This document shows positions 30,490 to 45,678 of a stretch of DNA of 64,000 nucleotides, piece after piece. Within the stretch, counting starts at the first letter, position 1. The number at the start of each line of letters is the position of its first letter. Source of the stretch: the human T2T-CHM13v2.0 reference genome, Homo sapiens. Location: assembly GCF_009914755.1 (NCBI RefSeq), contig NC_060942.1; one strand, 5' to 3'. The notes beneath the pieces were generated by a model. The model was not told the origin of the DNA and made no database searches. It worked only from the letters and a program-made list of their open reading frames with translations. Made by a program: the position numbers and the translations under genes.

Positions 30490-30629
30490 TTTCCTTTCTT
30501 TTCTTTTCTTTTTTTTTTTTTTTTCTTGAAACAAGGTCTCACTCTGTTGCCCTGGCTGCTCTTGAACTCCTGAGCTCAAGTAATCCTCCTGCCTCGGCCT
30601 GTCACAGTGCTAGCCACCATGCCTGGCCT
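30490..30629 (-). mobile_element. Alu monomer (FLAM_C-like)
   Basis: Poly(T) plus GGTCTCACTCTGTTGCCCTGGCTG..GAACTCCTGAGCTCAAG..CATGCCTGGCC. Confidence 0.8.
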
Positions 30630-31580
30630 GACTTTTCTAATTAGTTATTGGGTCTTGAAATGTCCAATTTAGCAGAAAATCTTGTATTTTCCCCTGGGGC
30701 TATCTCCTGTGTCTTCCTTCTTTGAATTTTCCAAGAAGCTAAGGAGTTTCCTAAGTCCAAGGAAGGGAATCTTTCTTTACAAGTCAGAAGAAGGGGGAAA
30801 AAGGCCATTCTGATCATTCTGTTGTTTCAATGGACTCATTTCCTGTATTGTTGCCATTGTAACTAGTCCTGCAATCTGATAATGATTGACCTTTGCCACC
30901 AGGATGACTTCACTCATTCAGACCCCTCGGTTTTTGTGGTGATTCATACATACAGTTCAAAGCTATGGTGTTTATTAATTTATGTACTTATGCTCAGTCA
31001 TTGTTCCCTGATGCCAGCACCCTGATCTGGCAGCTAGGCCTCCTAGCTTTACCCACACAAATATTGAGCAAGTTGATCCTCACCCTACACTAAAAACCTT
31101 ATTTGGAGCCCACATCTTAGCTATACTTAGCCTAGGCATTCATGGTAAGTTATCCTTTGAGACCCGTGTTTGTCTGTTCTTTAACCAACATTAGTTGGGA
31201 TTGCTCTCAACAGTCAGGGATGTTCAAATAATGTTGCAGGAAAAGATTAGGGTTCCCTTTCCCTTTTGCTATCAGATCTGTACCTTGAGGCTTTTTTACA
31301 TCCTGTGGAGCAGCTTTGGTTAGATAGCAGAAGGTTCCATGTTATCTTTCCACCGAGTAGTGGGAACCAACTTGCAGTTGGCCCCTCAAGTAATGTGTCT
31401 CTATGATAATGAAAATCTGGGCTAATCACAACTCTTCCTGGAGTTTTAAATATATTTTAAAATTCTACCTCACAGGAAGCCATTCAATAAAATTCTCTGA
31501 ATCTAAAGTAGGTGAGTTGGATTTAACAGAGCTAAGCCTCATCCATGACTCAGGAGTGTCCATGTATCAAACAGGGCTTT

Positions 31581-31686
31581 GTACTTGTTTCAGCAGCACA
31601 TATTTTAAAATTGGATCAATACAGAGCAGATAAGCATGGCTGCTGCCTAGGGATGGCACATAAATTCAGAAAGCATTCCATATTTT
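31581..31686 (+). pseudogene. U6 snRNA pseudogene (full length, diverged)
   Basis: GTACTTGTTTCAGCAGCACATATTTTAAAATTGGATCAATACAGAGCAGATAAGCATGGC...AAGCATTCCATATTTT aligns end to end with U6; the ACAGAGA box is mutated to ACAGAGC. Confidence 0.92.
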
Positions 31687-32742
31687 GCATAGTTCCGGGA
31701 AGGTCATTTGACTATTTGTCGAGTAGCTCCAAGGAAGCAGTGTGAGTGAAACCAAAACAGAAGACACCCAATATTGAAATTGTGATTATAACTGTGAAAC
31801 TACTGATGTAAGGTGATCTCTGAAATGAGAACAGAGCTGAGTAATAAGGGGATGTTACTTGTTGCCGGTACATGTCTTGGAAATGACAAAATGTCAACTT
31901 GCATTTCCTTCATGGAACTGAAAAGCAATAAAAGCAGGGTTTTGTCTTGTATGTTAGTTGGAGAGGACCATGGAGATCCAGTGTCCTAGCACAGATCTGC
32001 TGGCTCAGAGTTTGAGGAGGTAGAGAAAGAGTGGTAGTTGTCCAAGCCCAGGTTTTGACACCTATTAGTTTTCTGCCCTTGGTGTGATTGATGAGCTCAG
32101 TGATGGGAGACAATTAGGTAATCTATTTTAATCAGATGAGTTATGAATTAGGTAAAATGCCCTGAATTACAAGCCACAAAGAATACAACTAATAACCAAA
32201 ATTAGCACTTAATAACATTTTCTGCAAACTGCAACAATTGAATATTAGAACTTATAGAAAAACACACACCAAGCAATAAAGTTCAAGAATAAATCATTTC
32301 ATTGCTTTACTATTTCCTGAACATTTAAACATGTAATCTTATTACATCTTCCTAACAACCTACTGAAGTAAGGTAGCAAAATCCTTATTTTTTAGAAGAA
32401 ATCATGGATCCTAAGAGAAGCAACTTGTCTGGAAACAAAATATCGATTAGTTACAGAGTGAGGACTTATTCTGAGTGCAGGACATGTTACATGATGTCCA
32501 GCTAACTAGAGTTCATTTACTGAGCTATGCTTCCTCCATTTATGAGTACTTCACTTTTTTTCTTCTTTAATTATAAGCTTAATAAGCTTGTAAGGTTTAA
32601 AAATTTGAAGTGTATGGGACATTAAAATTCTGATATTAGGTCTGATATTGCCTGAAATGGTTTTAGAACTTAATATGTTTGGTAAATATTTTTTATTTCA
32701 GTATTAAAATAGCAATTTTATTTATTACTTTTGTATACATAG

Positions 32743-32798
32743 AATTCAACAACAAATTTTGGAGCATAAAAAGATGATACTTAAAAATGACAAACCAG
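32743..32798 (+). pseudogene. ANKRD20A5P: ANKRD20A exon 6
   Basis: atag/A; IQQQILEHKKMILKNDKP; G/GTAAGA. Confidence 0.85.
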
Positions 32799-33245
32799 GT
32801 AAGACTTCTGATAGTGAATTTCTTATTACTCTTGGTGGTCCTACTCTTGATAAGAAAGTAAAAAGTAAGATGTAAGATTAAGGTAGTGTTAATAAAAAAA
32901 GACCAGTTTAAAAATATATGTAAATTAAATGTGCATATATGTATATACATTTGTAAATTATTTTTTAAAATTTAACTTCTTTAGTTTGAAATTCAGATTT
33001 ATTTAAGAAGGTAGTTGTAGCTAACTTATAATCTCAAACATTATTGCCTGAAAAAATTCCTTTATTTAATTATGATCCCTAAAATCCTATATAATATTTT
33101 TGCATAAATAAGAAAAAAGATTTTTAAGTTAGTATGTTGTATGTTTCCTCTATAGTCACATTATAACAAATTGGACTTGTTATACAAATGGATCTTCTAT
33201 TTCATTTTTATAATAAATTGTTTATATTTAGTAAACAAATAATTA

Positions 33246-33670
33246 CAGTTGACCCATGAATAATGTGGGGGTGAGGGACTCTGATCCCTGTGCAGTTGAA
33301 AATCTGAGTATAACTTTTGATTTCTTCACCTTAGCTACTAATAGCCCACCACTGACTGGGAGCCTTCCTGATAACATAAACAGTTGATGGACACCTATTT
33401 TGTTTGTGCTGCATTATTATATACTGTGTTCTTGCAATAAAGTAAGCTAGAGAAATGAAGCTGTTAGAAAGAAAATCATCAGGAATGATATATTGACTTT
33501 TCATAAAGCATAAGTAGATCCTGACAAAGGTCTTCAAGATCTTCAGGTTGATTAGCCTGAGGAGGAAGAGGAGAGGTGGATCTTGCTGTCTCTGGGTTGC
33601 AGAGGCAGAAGAACATCAGCATATAAGTGAATCGCTGCAGTTGAAACCCTTGCTGTTGAAGGGCGAACTG
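33246..33670. mobile_element. Tigger2a-like non-autonomous DNA transposon
   Basis: Terminal inverted repeats CAGTTGACCCATGAA / TTGAAGGGCGAACTG, each flanked by TA. Confidence 0.8.
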
Positions 33671-34269
33671 TATTACATATTGATTTGTGTCACTAAGGAA
33701 GTAACTATCTTTAGAACCAGGAACTCAGCAATTCCTTTCTGGTACCATAAATAAATGGCAATAAGAACTGTAAAACTGAACCAGCATGCACCCATACAAA
33801 TAAGAGATTATTTTTTGAGGATAGCTACTGAGCACAGAAGACAGAAAAGCAATTCCTTCATGAGAAGCACAAGTTATATTACACATTCTTACACAAGCAA
33901 AATGGTTTTATCTGTCATAGTTTGTACACATACACACATGCACATATACACATACATATGTGCGCACGCATGTGCACACAGACACCAAGTTAAAAGTCCT
34001 GCTGATTCTTAATGACCAAATCCAACTGTTCGTGGGGAGTGGCAGATAACACTTCCTACAGTTTGGATGCAATTCTTTTGACTTTTTGACTTGTTCTGTA
34101 ATGAACTGCCTTTAATGGGTGAATCATGTTTTTAGTTTTATAAGAAACAAGAAGATTAGAAGCAAGTAAACAGGAACTCTATGATCAGTAGTAGACTATT
34201 ATAGTATATTCAATAGTCATATGTTTTTCTCCAGTTATACAATTTACTTGAATGATGCACAATTAATCA

Positions 34270-34443
34270 ATTATTATTATTATAGGAGATGGGGTCTCTC
34301 TATGTTGCCTAGGCTAGAATAAAGTGTCTATTCATTGGTGCAAACATAGCTCACTGTAGCCTTGAACTCCTGGGCTCAAGCAGTCCTCCTACCTCATCTT
34401 CCTGAGTAGCTGGGACTACAGTTTTGTATGGTTATATCTGGCC
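34270..34443 (-). mobile_element. FAM-like fossil Alu monomer
   Basis: GGAGATGGGGTCTCTCTATGTTGCCTAGGC..CTATTCA..CATAGCTCACTGTAGCCTTGAACTCCTGGGCTCAAGC. Confidence 0.7.
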
Positions 34444-34457
34444 TGATACACAGTTGT

Positions 34458-34805
34458 TTATTTATTTATTTTTGATACAGTGTTTCCCTCTCTTCCCTCT
34501 GTTCCCTCTGTTGCTCTGCACTGGAGTGCAGTGGTGCCATCTTGGCTCACTGCAACTTCTGCTTCCTGGCCTTAAATGATCCTTTCACCTTTCGCCTTAG
34601 CCTCCCAAGTAGCTGGGACTCCAGGCATGCACCACCACACTCGGCTAATTTTCTTTTTAAGGTTTTTTTGTTTTTTCTTTTGTTTAATAGATGAGATCTC
34701 ACTATATTGCCCAGGCTGGTCTGGAACTTCTGGGCTCAAGTGATCCTCCTGCCTCAGCCTCCCAAAATGCTGGGATTTACAAGTGTGAGCCACTGCACCT
34801 GACCT
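34458..34805 (-). mobile_element. AluJ
   Basis: Both arms in reverse; GGGCTCAAGTGATCCTCCTGCC. Confidence 0.88.
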
Positions 34806-35168
34806 GCACAATTATTATAAAAAGGAATTAAGCCCAGTTGAGTTGCAGAAAATTGACCACCTTTTCATTATTTTTTCTAGAAACATTCATATTGTAGAAC
34901 ATATTGTCAATCACCCAGATTCTCTATTTTTTATTCGGTTAAAATAGGATTGCTGCTTATTCCACATTATTTTCTGACATTATTGTGTCATTTATTCCTT
35001 TTATGGCTTTATTCATGTGGATAGATATAGAAATACAAGAATCTCCAAGTCAAATATCAAGGGAAAAAAAGAAAAGAAAAACAGTTTAAGGAAAACTATT
35101 CTGTGAAATAGCCATCTGATTAGTTACATATATCACATCAACTTAATACAAATCTTACACAATGTATT

Positions 35169-35709
35169 TGTGTCAAGGTTTCCCAAGACCACCCCAGGTT
35201 TGGTGGTTCACTAGAAGGACTCACAGGACTCAGCAAATAGTCATACTCAGATCTTTAATTGATAACAAGAAAGGGGACAAGCAAAATTAGTAGAGGAATA
35301 AGGTGCTTGTGGTCAATTCTGGAGGAAACCAGGCACAAGCCTCCAGGAGTTCTCTCCTGTGGAGTGCCCGGGATCTGCTTAATTCTCCCAGGCTCACATT
35401 TTGACAACATATGTGCAGTGATGTCTACCGGTACCAGAGTCTCATTAGAGATGAAGTATCCAAATTTTTCTGTGGAAATTATTCTCCCTTACATGTACCC
35501 AAATTCCAGACTCTTACAAGGAAAACAGATGTTCAGAGTAACCACACTGTTTCTATAAACACTTTAGACACAGTGAGCCACTCTTCTCAGGGAATGGTGG
35601 AAACCCTCCCAATTCCAATTTCCTTAACACCAGCCAAGGGCCAGCCTTGCATGCAGGCCTTTCTAAGGATGGCAGTCTCTTGCCTGCTATATGAAATCTT
35701 TTCTGCACA
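35169..35709 (-). mobile_element. Solo LTR, MER77/MER21-like (ERVL)
   Basis: TG...CA termini; TCCCAAGACCACCCCAGGTTTGGTGGTTCACTAGAAGGACTCACAGGACTCAGCA. Confidence 0.7.
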
Positions 35710-36236
35710 ATGCTTATAGCCCCAATTTAATTTTTAGTGTTGTTTTAAAATTTTATTTTAATAACACATAATATTATAAGATAAGGTAACTTGGTACTAA
35801 TTTCTGTTGTATGATCCATCTTAAGTTGCAATGCTGGTTACTTTTTGACTTTTGGTGACTAACAGGTATTTGTATATAAGTTACCATAGCAATGTTAGGT
35901 AATTATAATCTGTCCTTTTTATCTCATTAAGCTTTCAGTAAAATTGTTAAATTAAATAAGCATAATAATTTCTGAGTTAAAATTAGAATAAAAATTGTAT
36001 TTTATTTTGATTACATGAATAATCTAGTTTTCATATTGTGCTAAATCCCTGTTTAGAATTATGAAATAAGATAAAATATTCAATCATTTTTATCAATATT
36101 TTCTTACCTAAGCATGCAATTAAATTTATTTATTTTATATATTTCATATACTTCAATTTGAGAACTATAATGACCACATGCTGTTACTTTGGTCTTCAAT
36201 GATCTCTAATTTTTAGGGTCACTGTGTCTTGCTTAA

Positions 36237-36938
<702 letters not shown>

Positions 36939-36949
36939 TGTGAATATCT

Positions 36950-37390
36950 TTTTTAAATCAATAACTTTATTTCTTAGAGCAGTTTTAGGTTCACAGCAAA
37001 ATTGAGAGGAAGGTACAGAGATTTCATATATCCCATGCCTCCAACACACGCATAGCCTCCCCCATTATTAGTATTTTCCACCAGAGTGTGGTACATTTGT
37101 TACAACTGATGAACTTACATTGCCACATTATAATCACTCAAAGTTCATAGTTTACATCAGGCTTCACTCTTGATGCTGTACATTCTGTGAATTTGGACAA
37201 ATGTATAATGACATGACATGTATCTATTACTGTTATATTATTGACAGAACAGTTTCACTGCCCTAAAAATTCTCTATGCTATGCCTGTTCATCTCTCCCT
37301 TTCTCCCTAGCAACTTGTGGCAGCCATTGATCTTTACTCTGTCTTCATAGTTTTACTTTTTTCAGAAGAGTCATATAGTTGGGATAATAC
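36950..37390 (-). mobile_element. L1MC-like 3' end
   Basis: TTAGAGCAGTTTTAGGTTCACAGCAAAATTGAG..GGTACATTTGTTACAACTGATGAAC..GTTTCACTGCCCTAAAAAT. Confidence 0.85.
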
Positions 37391-38409
37391 TGTGGATATC
37401 TTTTTGAATAGTTAAAAAAATTAAAGCTCCATGGCAATTGAAGGTAGCCATTTAAGATGTTCTTTGTCCTTTTGTCTTTCTTTTGCTTTTTTATCATTGT
37501 AAAGAATGATATATGCTGATGAGGTATGCTTTACATACTTAGAAAACATGATTTGTATAGATATTTGGCACATAATGGAAAGGGTTGAGGAAAAGGACAC
37601 CACGCCGTACCACACAGCACAAACTGGAGCATCTTGCTCTGTGAGGTGGGTCCAGATACAGTGTCTAGCAATGGAAGGGGACAAGCGCAAGGGGTTGTAC
37701 TTTATAAAACTGGAATCACAAAGTCTTTCATACTTACCTTCGGTTGGAAATAAGACCAGGCAGTGAATGCTATAGGTAAATACATATGTTCCTCACTGAT
37801 CCTTTTCCTTTGAGGATGAGGTTGAAAACAGCCTGTATTATGATGACACGACTCACCTACAACTAGATTCTGTTATGAGGGATGGCAAGGGAGTTTTGCT
37901 TTATGTGAGGTGAAAAAGAATTTTTTTCTCCTACTAGGGAGAATGGCAAGCATTGGAACATTCTGGTAGTAAAAGGGCATTGATAGTTTTCTTTCTATAT
38001 ATTTTTCACATGAGATAATACTGCCCGGCAGCCTGCCACACCTCCCCAGTGTTTCTTCAGCTTATCTCTGAATGTGGATAAGCTCTTAAAGGAGTGATCT
38101 TTCCAGTGGTTCTTTCTGTGGGAGGTAAAATGGCAGGTGCACATGGGCCTTGTTATATGTAGGGCAGAGCAAATAGCTACAACTAAGGAAACCACCCAGC
38201 ACCTTCCCCAGAAGAGTGTTAGCCAGAGTAACACAGTGATCTCTCTTGAGCTCTTCTCCACTGGCAGCTGGAAAGTTTTTGCAAGGATTCCTGTTTCTGG
38301 TCTGATTCCTATGTTTTGCTGGCTTCTGGTGATAGGGTGTTTTATCCTAAACTGAACAGTTTGAACTGAAGAGCTAGAGAGGCTGTGTTGTGTTATAACA
38401 AAATAAGTG

Positions 38410-38747
38410 CAGTAGTTCCCCCTTAATTGTGGGAGATACATTCCAAGACCCCCAGTGGATGCAAGAAACCACGAATAGTACTGAATCACAAACTGTTTTT
38501 TCCTATACATACATATCTATGATAAAGTTTAATTTATAAATTAAGTCTGATGTAATCTGAAGATAGGGTGGGAGAATTGAATTGTGCCATCAGCAGGAAT
38601 GATTGCTTGCTTGTTGGTGGGGAAAAACTCTCCACACATTTGGTCACAGAAGCCTTCTTTGTTGATGATTGTTGCTGTGGCGTGAGAGCAGAGAAAAACA
38701 TGTCAAGTATGTCTTTCTGCACATATAGTGGATAAGGGGTACTACTG
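38410..38747. mobile_element. TcMar-Tigger MITE (MER2/MER44-like) with an internal LTR-like fragment
   Basis: TIRs CAGTAGTTCCCCCTTA / ATAAGGGGTACTACTG; internal TTCCAAGACCCCCAGTGGATGC. Confidence 0.6.
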
Positions 38748-39146
38748 TATCCTCTAACTGCTCCTCATATTTTGGTCCAGAAATCATGCTCTTTGACACT
38801 GTTGACTCATCACACCTGTTCTGCTAACAATAACATTTTTACTCAGTCTCATAGGGTTTGGCTAGGATGACTTGTATACTGCAGTTCACTTGTAGATACC
38901 AAATTTTAATAAATTTATTCTTCTTTGCATCTAATAAATACAAAGGGAAGAGTTCTTACTGCATTAATTACCTACCAATAGGTAAAATTAATGTTAATTC
39001 TAATAAGGTCCCAGGCATTCTCCCAAAGGAATTCTTTGTAACAAAGCATCAGTCTTATGCTTTTAAAAAACAAACCAAAACAAAACCACCACCACCACCA
39101 ACAACAACAAAAACAGGATCTAAAACATACACACAAGTGTGCACAA

Positions 39147-39272
39147 TTTTTTTTTATGAAGGTAGTGTCTTACTATGTTTCCCAAGCTGGTCTCAAACTT
39201 CTAGATTCCTCAAGTGATCCTCCTGCCTCATCCTCCCAAGTAGTTTGGATTGCAGGCATGCATCACCGTGCA
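39147..39272 (-). mobile_element. Alu monomer (FLAM-like)
   Basis: GTCTTACTATGTTTCCCAAGCTGGTCTCAAACT..CTCAAGTGATCCTCCTGCCTC. Confidence 0.75.
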
Positions 39273-39341
39273 TTCTTATGCTTTTAATATTCTGTACATT
39301 TATTATTGATTTAAAATGCATTCTACCTTTTTCTTTAATAG

Positions 39342-39372
39342 ATGTTGGAAGTTCTGATGAATCTGCAGTCAG
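39342..39372 (+). pseudogene. ANKRD20A5P: ANKRD20A exon 7
   Basis: atag/AT; (D)VGSSDESAV(S); AG/GTAGGA. Confidence 0.8.
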
Positions 39373-42014
39373 GTAGGACTTTATAGATTTAAAAAATTAT
39401 GTTAACTAAGAAAATATAGATGGAAGAAACTAATATCTGTTGAGTGTTGTATTCTGGGCTAGACATCCTAATATGTTCTATGCATTTATCATCTCATAAA
39501 ACCATCACAACAGTGTTCCTATAACCTACTGTTTATTAAATAAACAACTATGGATTAGAGCAGTTGATTAATTGCCTTATAATCTCATAATTAACAAAGT
39601 AGCTGGCCTACAGTTTGACCGTCAGCCTGCCTGGCTTCCAAATCCCTTCTCTTGCTCCTCAGCATAGATTGATAGACATCCGTGCAGCACTTGGATCAAG
39701 GTATAGGTCTGAATCAGATTAATCAGATTCATTAATTTAATTAATGTCTAAATTAATGAGAGTTTAAATACCTTAAATACCTTAAACTCTCATTTAAGGT
39801 TATTGTTAGAATGTGGTTAGTCGAAGAGTTTGTCCTAATAAATTTGACAATTTCAGTGGTAACCAGTATCTTATTTTTACCATCAAAGCTTTAGGGCAGA
39901 TCTGACTTAGCTTTGGCCATAGGGCTGTAAGTTTTACAAAAGCAAGTTTAGGCAAGTCTTAGAGAGAAATTATTTGACTTCCCAGTTTGGTTTTCCATTT
40001 AGCAAGTATTTCTGCCTGCTTCCATAATACTTTTTTTAGTCTTGTTTCTTTTTCCATGACTTTTCTGTAATCTTGTCTTGATTTTTTAGAACTTTCTTCT
40101 CTGCTTTTCTTGCTGTTTCTTTTGTTCTATTATTTTTTCAAATTCTGCTGGGTATGTATTCCCAGTTTTCCTACAGACAGAATCAAGAGGACATAGAATT
40201 ACAGAATTTTAAGGAATCTTAGAATGAATTAAAATACTTTCTAGTATTTTTACCTGTATTGAACATTCTGGTCAAGTGATTCTCTAGATAGAGAATGTGA
40301 GGCTCAAACAGATTAGGATGCTTTTTTTTTAGACATAGGAATGGGCAGAAATGAGATTTGAACTCATTTTAAGGCCCAGTACTCTTCCTTCTTTTTATAT
40401 CCTATTTGCATGTGCTTTAATAATACAAATGGGAGTGAGTCCGGTGCACCCAGTGGATAGTATGAGAATGGAATTAGCTGGTGAACCCAATGGAAGTAGA
40501 TAAGAATGGAATGAGCAGGGAAAGGCCATGTTTGAAGAGAAACAACACTGGATTGGATAGGAGTATGGACTCTTCAATAAGAGATCAAAATATTGGAGTT
40601 TATGACAAGTTTGATAAAGAGTTCAAGGGAGCTCTAAAAAGTTTGCTCCTTTTTTTTTAAATCAAGGACTGACAAACCTGAAGAATTTTACTGAAAGATG
40701 CTAAAACATTTTGAGACAGTGGGAGGAGTGTCTACAGCAGATAGAAATGTGGTGTCATCTACTTCCATCCTGACTTTCAGAGGGGTGGCTTAGAGCCCTT
40801 GGAGTACTAAGGGGCTGGAGATTGCTGGACTACATAGATGTGTGGCCCAGGACAGGTGGCCTCTTCACCTCTGCCTCTGTTCCTGATTCACTGATGTCAT
40901 TCCCATGTCCATGTAGGCTGGGTCAGGGGCATGATTGGCTGGCAAATCAGTCATGGAGTTCAGTTGGGTAGTTGGTAGTATGTCTATGCTGGGTGCAGGT
41001 GATGGAGACTCCAGTTAGCTTGTTTTTCAGGAGCAGGGATATAGAGGGCTCCTACTCCTGGTCATTTGAGGCCATCCTTTCAGGAATCTGTGCTTTCATA
41101 GGCTGAAGATTTGAAGATTGGAGACTTCTGTGGAGCCCTGCAGAAGTGGAATCTGGAAGTGGGAGCCCATAGGAAGATAGATACTTAGATAGTACTTAGG
41201 AAAATAGAGGTACAACTACCAGGACTCTGTCTTTCTGGCAGTCTCTCTCCTTGGGTGTCTGAGTGCCTATGAAAATTTTTAAGGGCTTGCTAGTTTATGT
41301 GGACCTGAATAAAGTAGGACTTATAGAGTGAAAATAATGGGATTTTATAATTATTAATATTTTAATCTTTCTGGGAAAAGTATTCTCAATAAGAACATAC
41401 ACCTTTGTTATTTGATTTTTGTACATGTAGCTTTCATACCTTTCAAATATTGCATGGGATTTCCTGTACCGATTTAGGGCAAAGGAAAGCAATAGGACAT
41501 TCCTAAGTGGGTTCCATGTTGAGGAATCAAGACTGCCATTTCAAAGTGATGCAGATTAGTCTTTTAACCAGAGATAGATCATGGAAAAGAGACAGTGGAT
41601 CTTTCTACCTTGTTTTAGGTCATCAGTTTTCTTCCAGTTTAGGTAACAAAATTTATGTCATCCATTAATTGAGTTTTAAGTTCAGCTTCAGGACAGATAA
41701 TCTGTGAGGGCAAATTATTGTCAGGCTCTGCCAATATATTGACTGTCACTATTTGTTATGAAGCTGAAGGTTAGTTTTCATTGAATATTTTATAGATTTA
41801 GACAGGTGGAGGCAGAAATTGGTAATTAAAATCTATTTTTAGAACAGAGGACATATTTTAATTATATCAAGAATCATAATTTAATATATAGATCACTGAA
41901 CTTTCCCCAGATTATTCTTTCCTTTTTTGAGGGGAAAGCTGGATATAAACTGGCAGTTAAAAAATTGTAAAGAAATCAACTTGCTCATTTTCATTGTGTA
42001 TTTTTGCTCTCAAG

Positions 42015-42084
42015 CATTTTCCATGAACTGTGTGTGGATTCATTGTCTGCATTGGATGACGAACTCTTGAGTGTTGCTGCTAAG
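42015..42084 (+). pseudogene. ANKRD20A5P: ANKRD20A exon 8
   Basis: caag/C; IFHELCVDSLSALDDELLSVAAK; AAG/GTAAAG. Confidence 0.82.
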
Positions 42085-42672
42085 GTAAAGTGGTCTCTTG
42101 TAAAATTAATTTTCTCACTCTGAATGTAGTTTTGCATAGTACTTACTTTTCAAACTTAGCAGTGGTTTACCTATCATTGTTTTATGGTGGTAATGGAAAG
42201 TGGGTCAGAGAAAAACATATATGTGGCTAGTTGACTGAAAAAATTTGTTTAACTTTGGTAACTAACAAAGATTGATAAGTACTGTGACAGGGTAGGAGCT
42301 GAAAAAAATGAACTGGAAAATAAGTAGTGAGAGGAAAATCACATTAGGAAGTGCTTTCTCCAATAGAGGAAATATGAAATTTGATTAAGCTTTATTTGGA
42401 TAAATACTAATACTTTGACTTTTAAATCATATGAGTGTGACTTTCATAATATTTATGCCTGTATAACTCTTCAGTGGATCAAATTATTTGTAGTAATCAT
42501 GGAATTCTCCTGGTAACTTTTAGTTGCAAAAAGGTTCAGCACATAGCATACAGCTTTTGTTCTTGGAAACTTATTATTTTGGTATCACATAGTTTTTAGG
42601 AGAGATTGTTTCTCTACTTATATTATTGGTTCTGTAGTGAGACTAAAATAATATTAAAAATTGTAGAAAAAT

Positions 42673-42800
42673 AGCTGAGTGTGGTGGTGTACACCTGTAG
42701 TCCCTGCTACTTGGGAGTTTGATGCAGGAAGATTGCTTGAGCCCAGGAATTTGAGAACAGCCTGGGCAACATAACAAGACTGTATCTGATTTAAAAATAT
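42673..42800 (+). mobile_element. Alu monomer (FLAM_A-like)
   Basis: GTGGTGGTGTACACCTGTAGTCCC..GATTGCTTGAGCCCAGGAATTTGAG..CCTGGGCAACATA. Confidence 0.8.
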
Positions 42801-43017
42801 AAATTGTGGAAACATAGACATTTAAATTTATGTTCTCAAAATTTGTATTGCAAAGGGATTTTTGTGTGTTTTATGAGTTGTCCATGAAGAGTTTATATAA
42901 AACACTTCATCTAATTGAATAACATGTATTTTGCTGCAAATAACCAGTTCTAGAAGCAGAGACTCTTAATACCAATATGGTAAGACTTTATCATCATAAT
43001 TTTGTCATTGTAGTTTA

Positions 43018-43439
<422 letters not shown>

Positions 43440-43544
43440 TCATTGGAAGCTCCTGCATACTACAGGCTACTGGAGGTCAGTAAACATATTTGTGTGTATC
43501 CTGGAGTACCTAGAATACAGTCTTCCATGTAAAAAGCATTTTAC

Positions 43545-43840
43545 TTGTTGTTTTTTGTGATGGGGTTTCACTCTGTCACCCAGGCTGGAGGGCACTGGTG
43601 AAATCTTGGCTCACTCCGATCTCCATTTCCTGGGCTCAGGAGATCCTCACACTTCAGCCATCCAAGTAGTTGAAACAATAGAGGTATGTCACCATAGACC
43701 TGTGTCACCATGCTCGGCTGAGTTTTGTAGAGACAGGGTTTTGCCTTGTTGCCGAGGCTGGTCTTTAACTGTTGGGCTCAAGTGTTCTGCCCGCCTCAGC
43801 CTCTCATAGTGCTGGGGTTACAGGCATGAGACATTCAGCC
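43545..43840 (-). mobile_element. AluJ, diverged
   Basis: CTCTGTCACCCAGGCTGGAG..CCTGGGCTCAGG..TTTTGTAGAGACAGGGTTTTGCC..GGGCTCAAGTG. Confidence 0.85.
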
Positions 43841-44210
43841 TTAATAGTTGTTTAATCTGAATAAATAGACAAATGAATTTTTATATAATGGAATGTTATA
43901 AGTAATATAATATACCTAATGTATCTAACAATTAAATATTATATTTAAAATATTGCTTACATTTGTATTATTTTTTAATATTTAAGGGCGTATAAGTTTT
44001 GATGTGTTATGTTGATAAATTGTGCCATAATTAAAAAGGAAATAAATTAGAAATAGGTCATCAGTAGCAAAGAGGGTTACAATATATTTTCTAGTATCAT
44101 TGAACTGGAATCTTAACATTGAGATTTTAGATTAACATTTCTTAAGCTTTTTATTAGTCCCAACTCAGGTTCTATTAAATATACCTTTTCAAGCCATACA
44201 TTACCCTTTA

Positions 44211-44975
44211 TTATTATTATTATTATGTTTTAAGTTCTCGGGTACATGTGCACAACGTGCAGGTTTGTTACATATGTATACATGTTCCATGTTGGTGTGC
44301 TGCACCCATTAACTGATCATTTACATTAGACATATCTCCTAATGCTATCCCTTCCCCCTCCCTCCACCCCACAACAGGCCCCTGTGTGTGATGTTCCCCT
44401 TCCTGTGTCTAAGTGTTCTCATTGTTCAGTTCCCACCTATGAGTGAGAACATGTGGTGTTTGGTTTTCTGTCCTTGCTCAGAATGATGGTTTCCAGCTTC
44501 ATCCATGTCCCTACAAAGGACTGAACTCATCCTTTTTTATGGCTGCATAGTATTCCACGATGTATATGTGCCACATTTTCTTAATCCAGTCTATCATTGT
44601 TGGACATTTGGGTTGGTTCCAAGTCTTTGCTATTGTGAATAGTGCTGCAATAAACATACTTGTGCATGTGTCTTTATAGCAGCATGATTTATAATCGTTT
44701 GGGTATATACCCAATAATGGGATGACTGGGTCAAATGGCATTTCTAGTTCTAGATCCTTGAGGAATCACCACACTGTCTTCCACAATGGTTGAACTAGTT
44801 TACAGTCCCACCAACAGTGTAAAAGTGTTCCTATTTCTCCACATCCTCTCCAGCACCTGTTGTTTCCTGACTTTTTAATGATCGCCATTCTAACTCGTGT
44901 GAGATGGTATCTCATTGTGGTTTTGATTTGCATTTCTCTGATGGCAAGTGATGATGAGCATTTTTTCATGTGTCT
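44211..44975 (-). mobile_element. 5'-truncated L1PA (~765 bp) with an 18-bp TSD
   Basis: ORF2 C-terminus ([27 protein letters not shown]), 3' UTR and (TTA)n tail. TSD GCCATACATTAC(C/T)CTTTA at 44193-44210 and 44976-44993. Confidence 0.95.
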
Positions 44976-45297
44976 GCCATACATTACTCTTTAGAATTCT
45001 GGTGACCAATTCTTTTTCTGGGTGGAACGTTGATGGAAAGTTCCAGTTTTCTCTCTCTGTTATAATAATGTTCTTTCAGGTAGTGGTAGATGACCATATT
45101 TAGTTAATTGAATGTCTTATAGTAATAAACTCTATCACAGAAGTACTTACAAAAAACTAATTGTAGCATAAATATTAATTAGTATTATCAGGGATATGAA
45201 AGACCAGAAGGCTCTGTTATAGATCTATTTCCCCATGTACTTTATTGTACTTCATGTTGTTTCTTTTCTTTCTTGGCTTAAGCTCATATTTCATTGA

Positions 45298-45662
<365 letters not shown>

Positions 45663-45678
45663 TAAAGAAATTGATTAG

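Noticed and set aside
31581-31686. Functional U6 snRNA gene
   Set aside because: Many substitutions including the ACAGAGA box; no upstream TATA or PSE visible.
44211-44975. Minus-strand L1 3' end as the displaced missing tail of the 3538-8952 element (it starts near where that one stops)
   Set aside because: It has its own 18-bp TSD and overlaps the first element by ~70 bp, so it is an independent 5'-truncated insertion.
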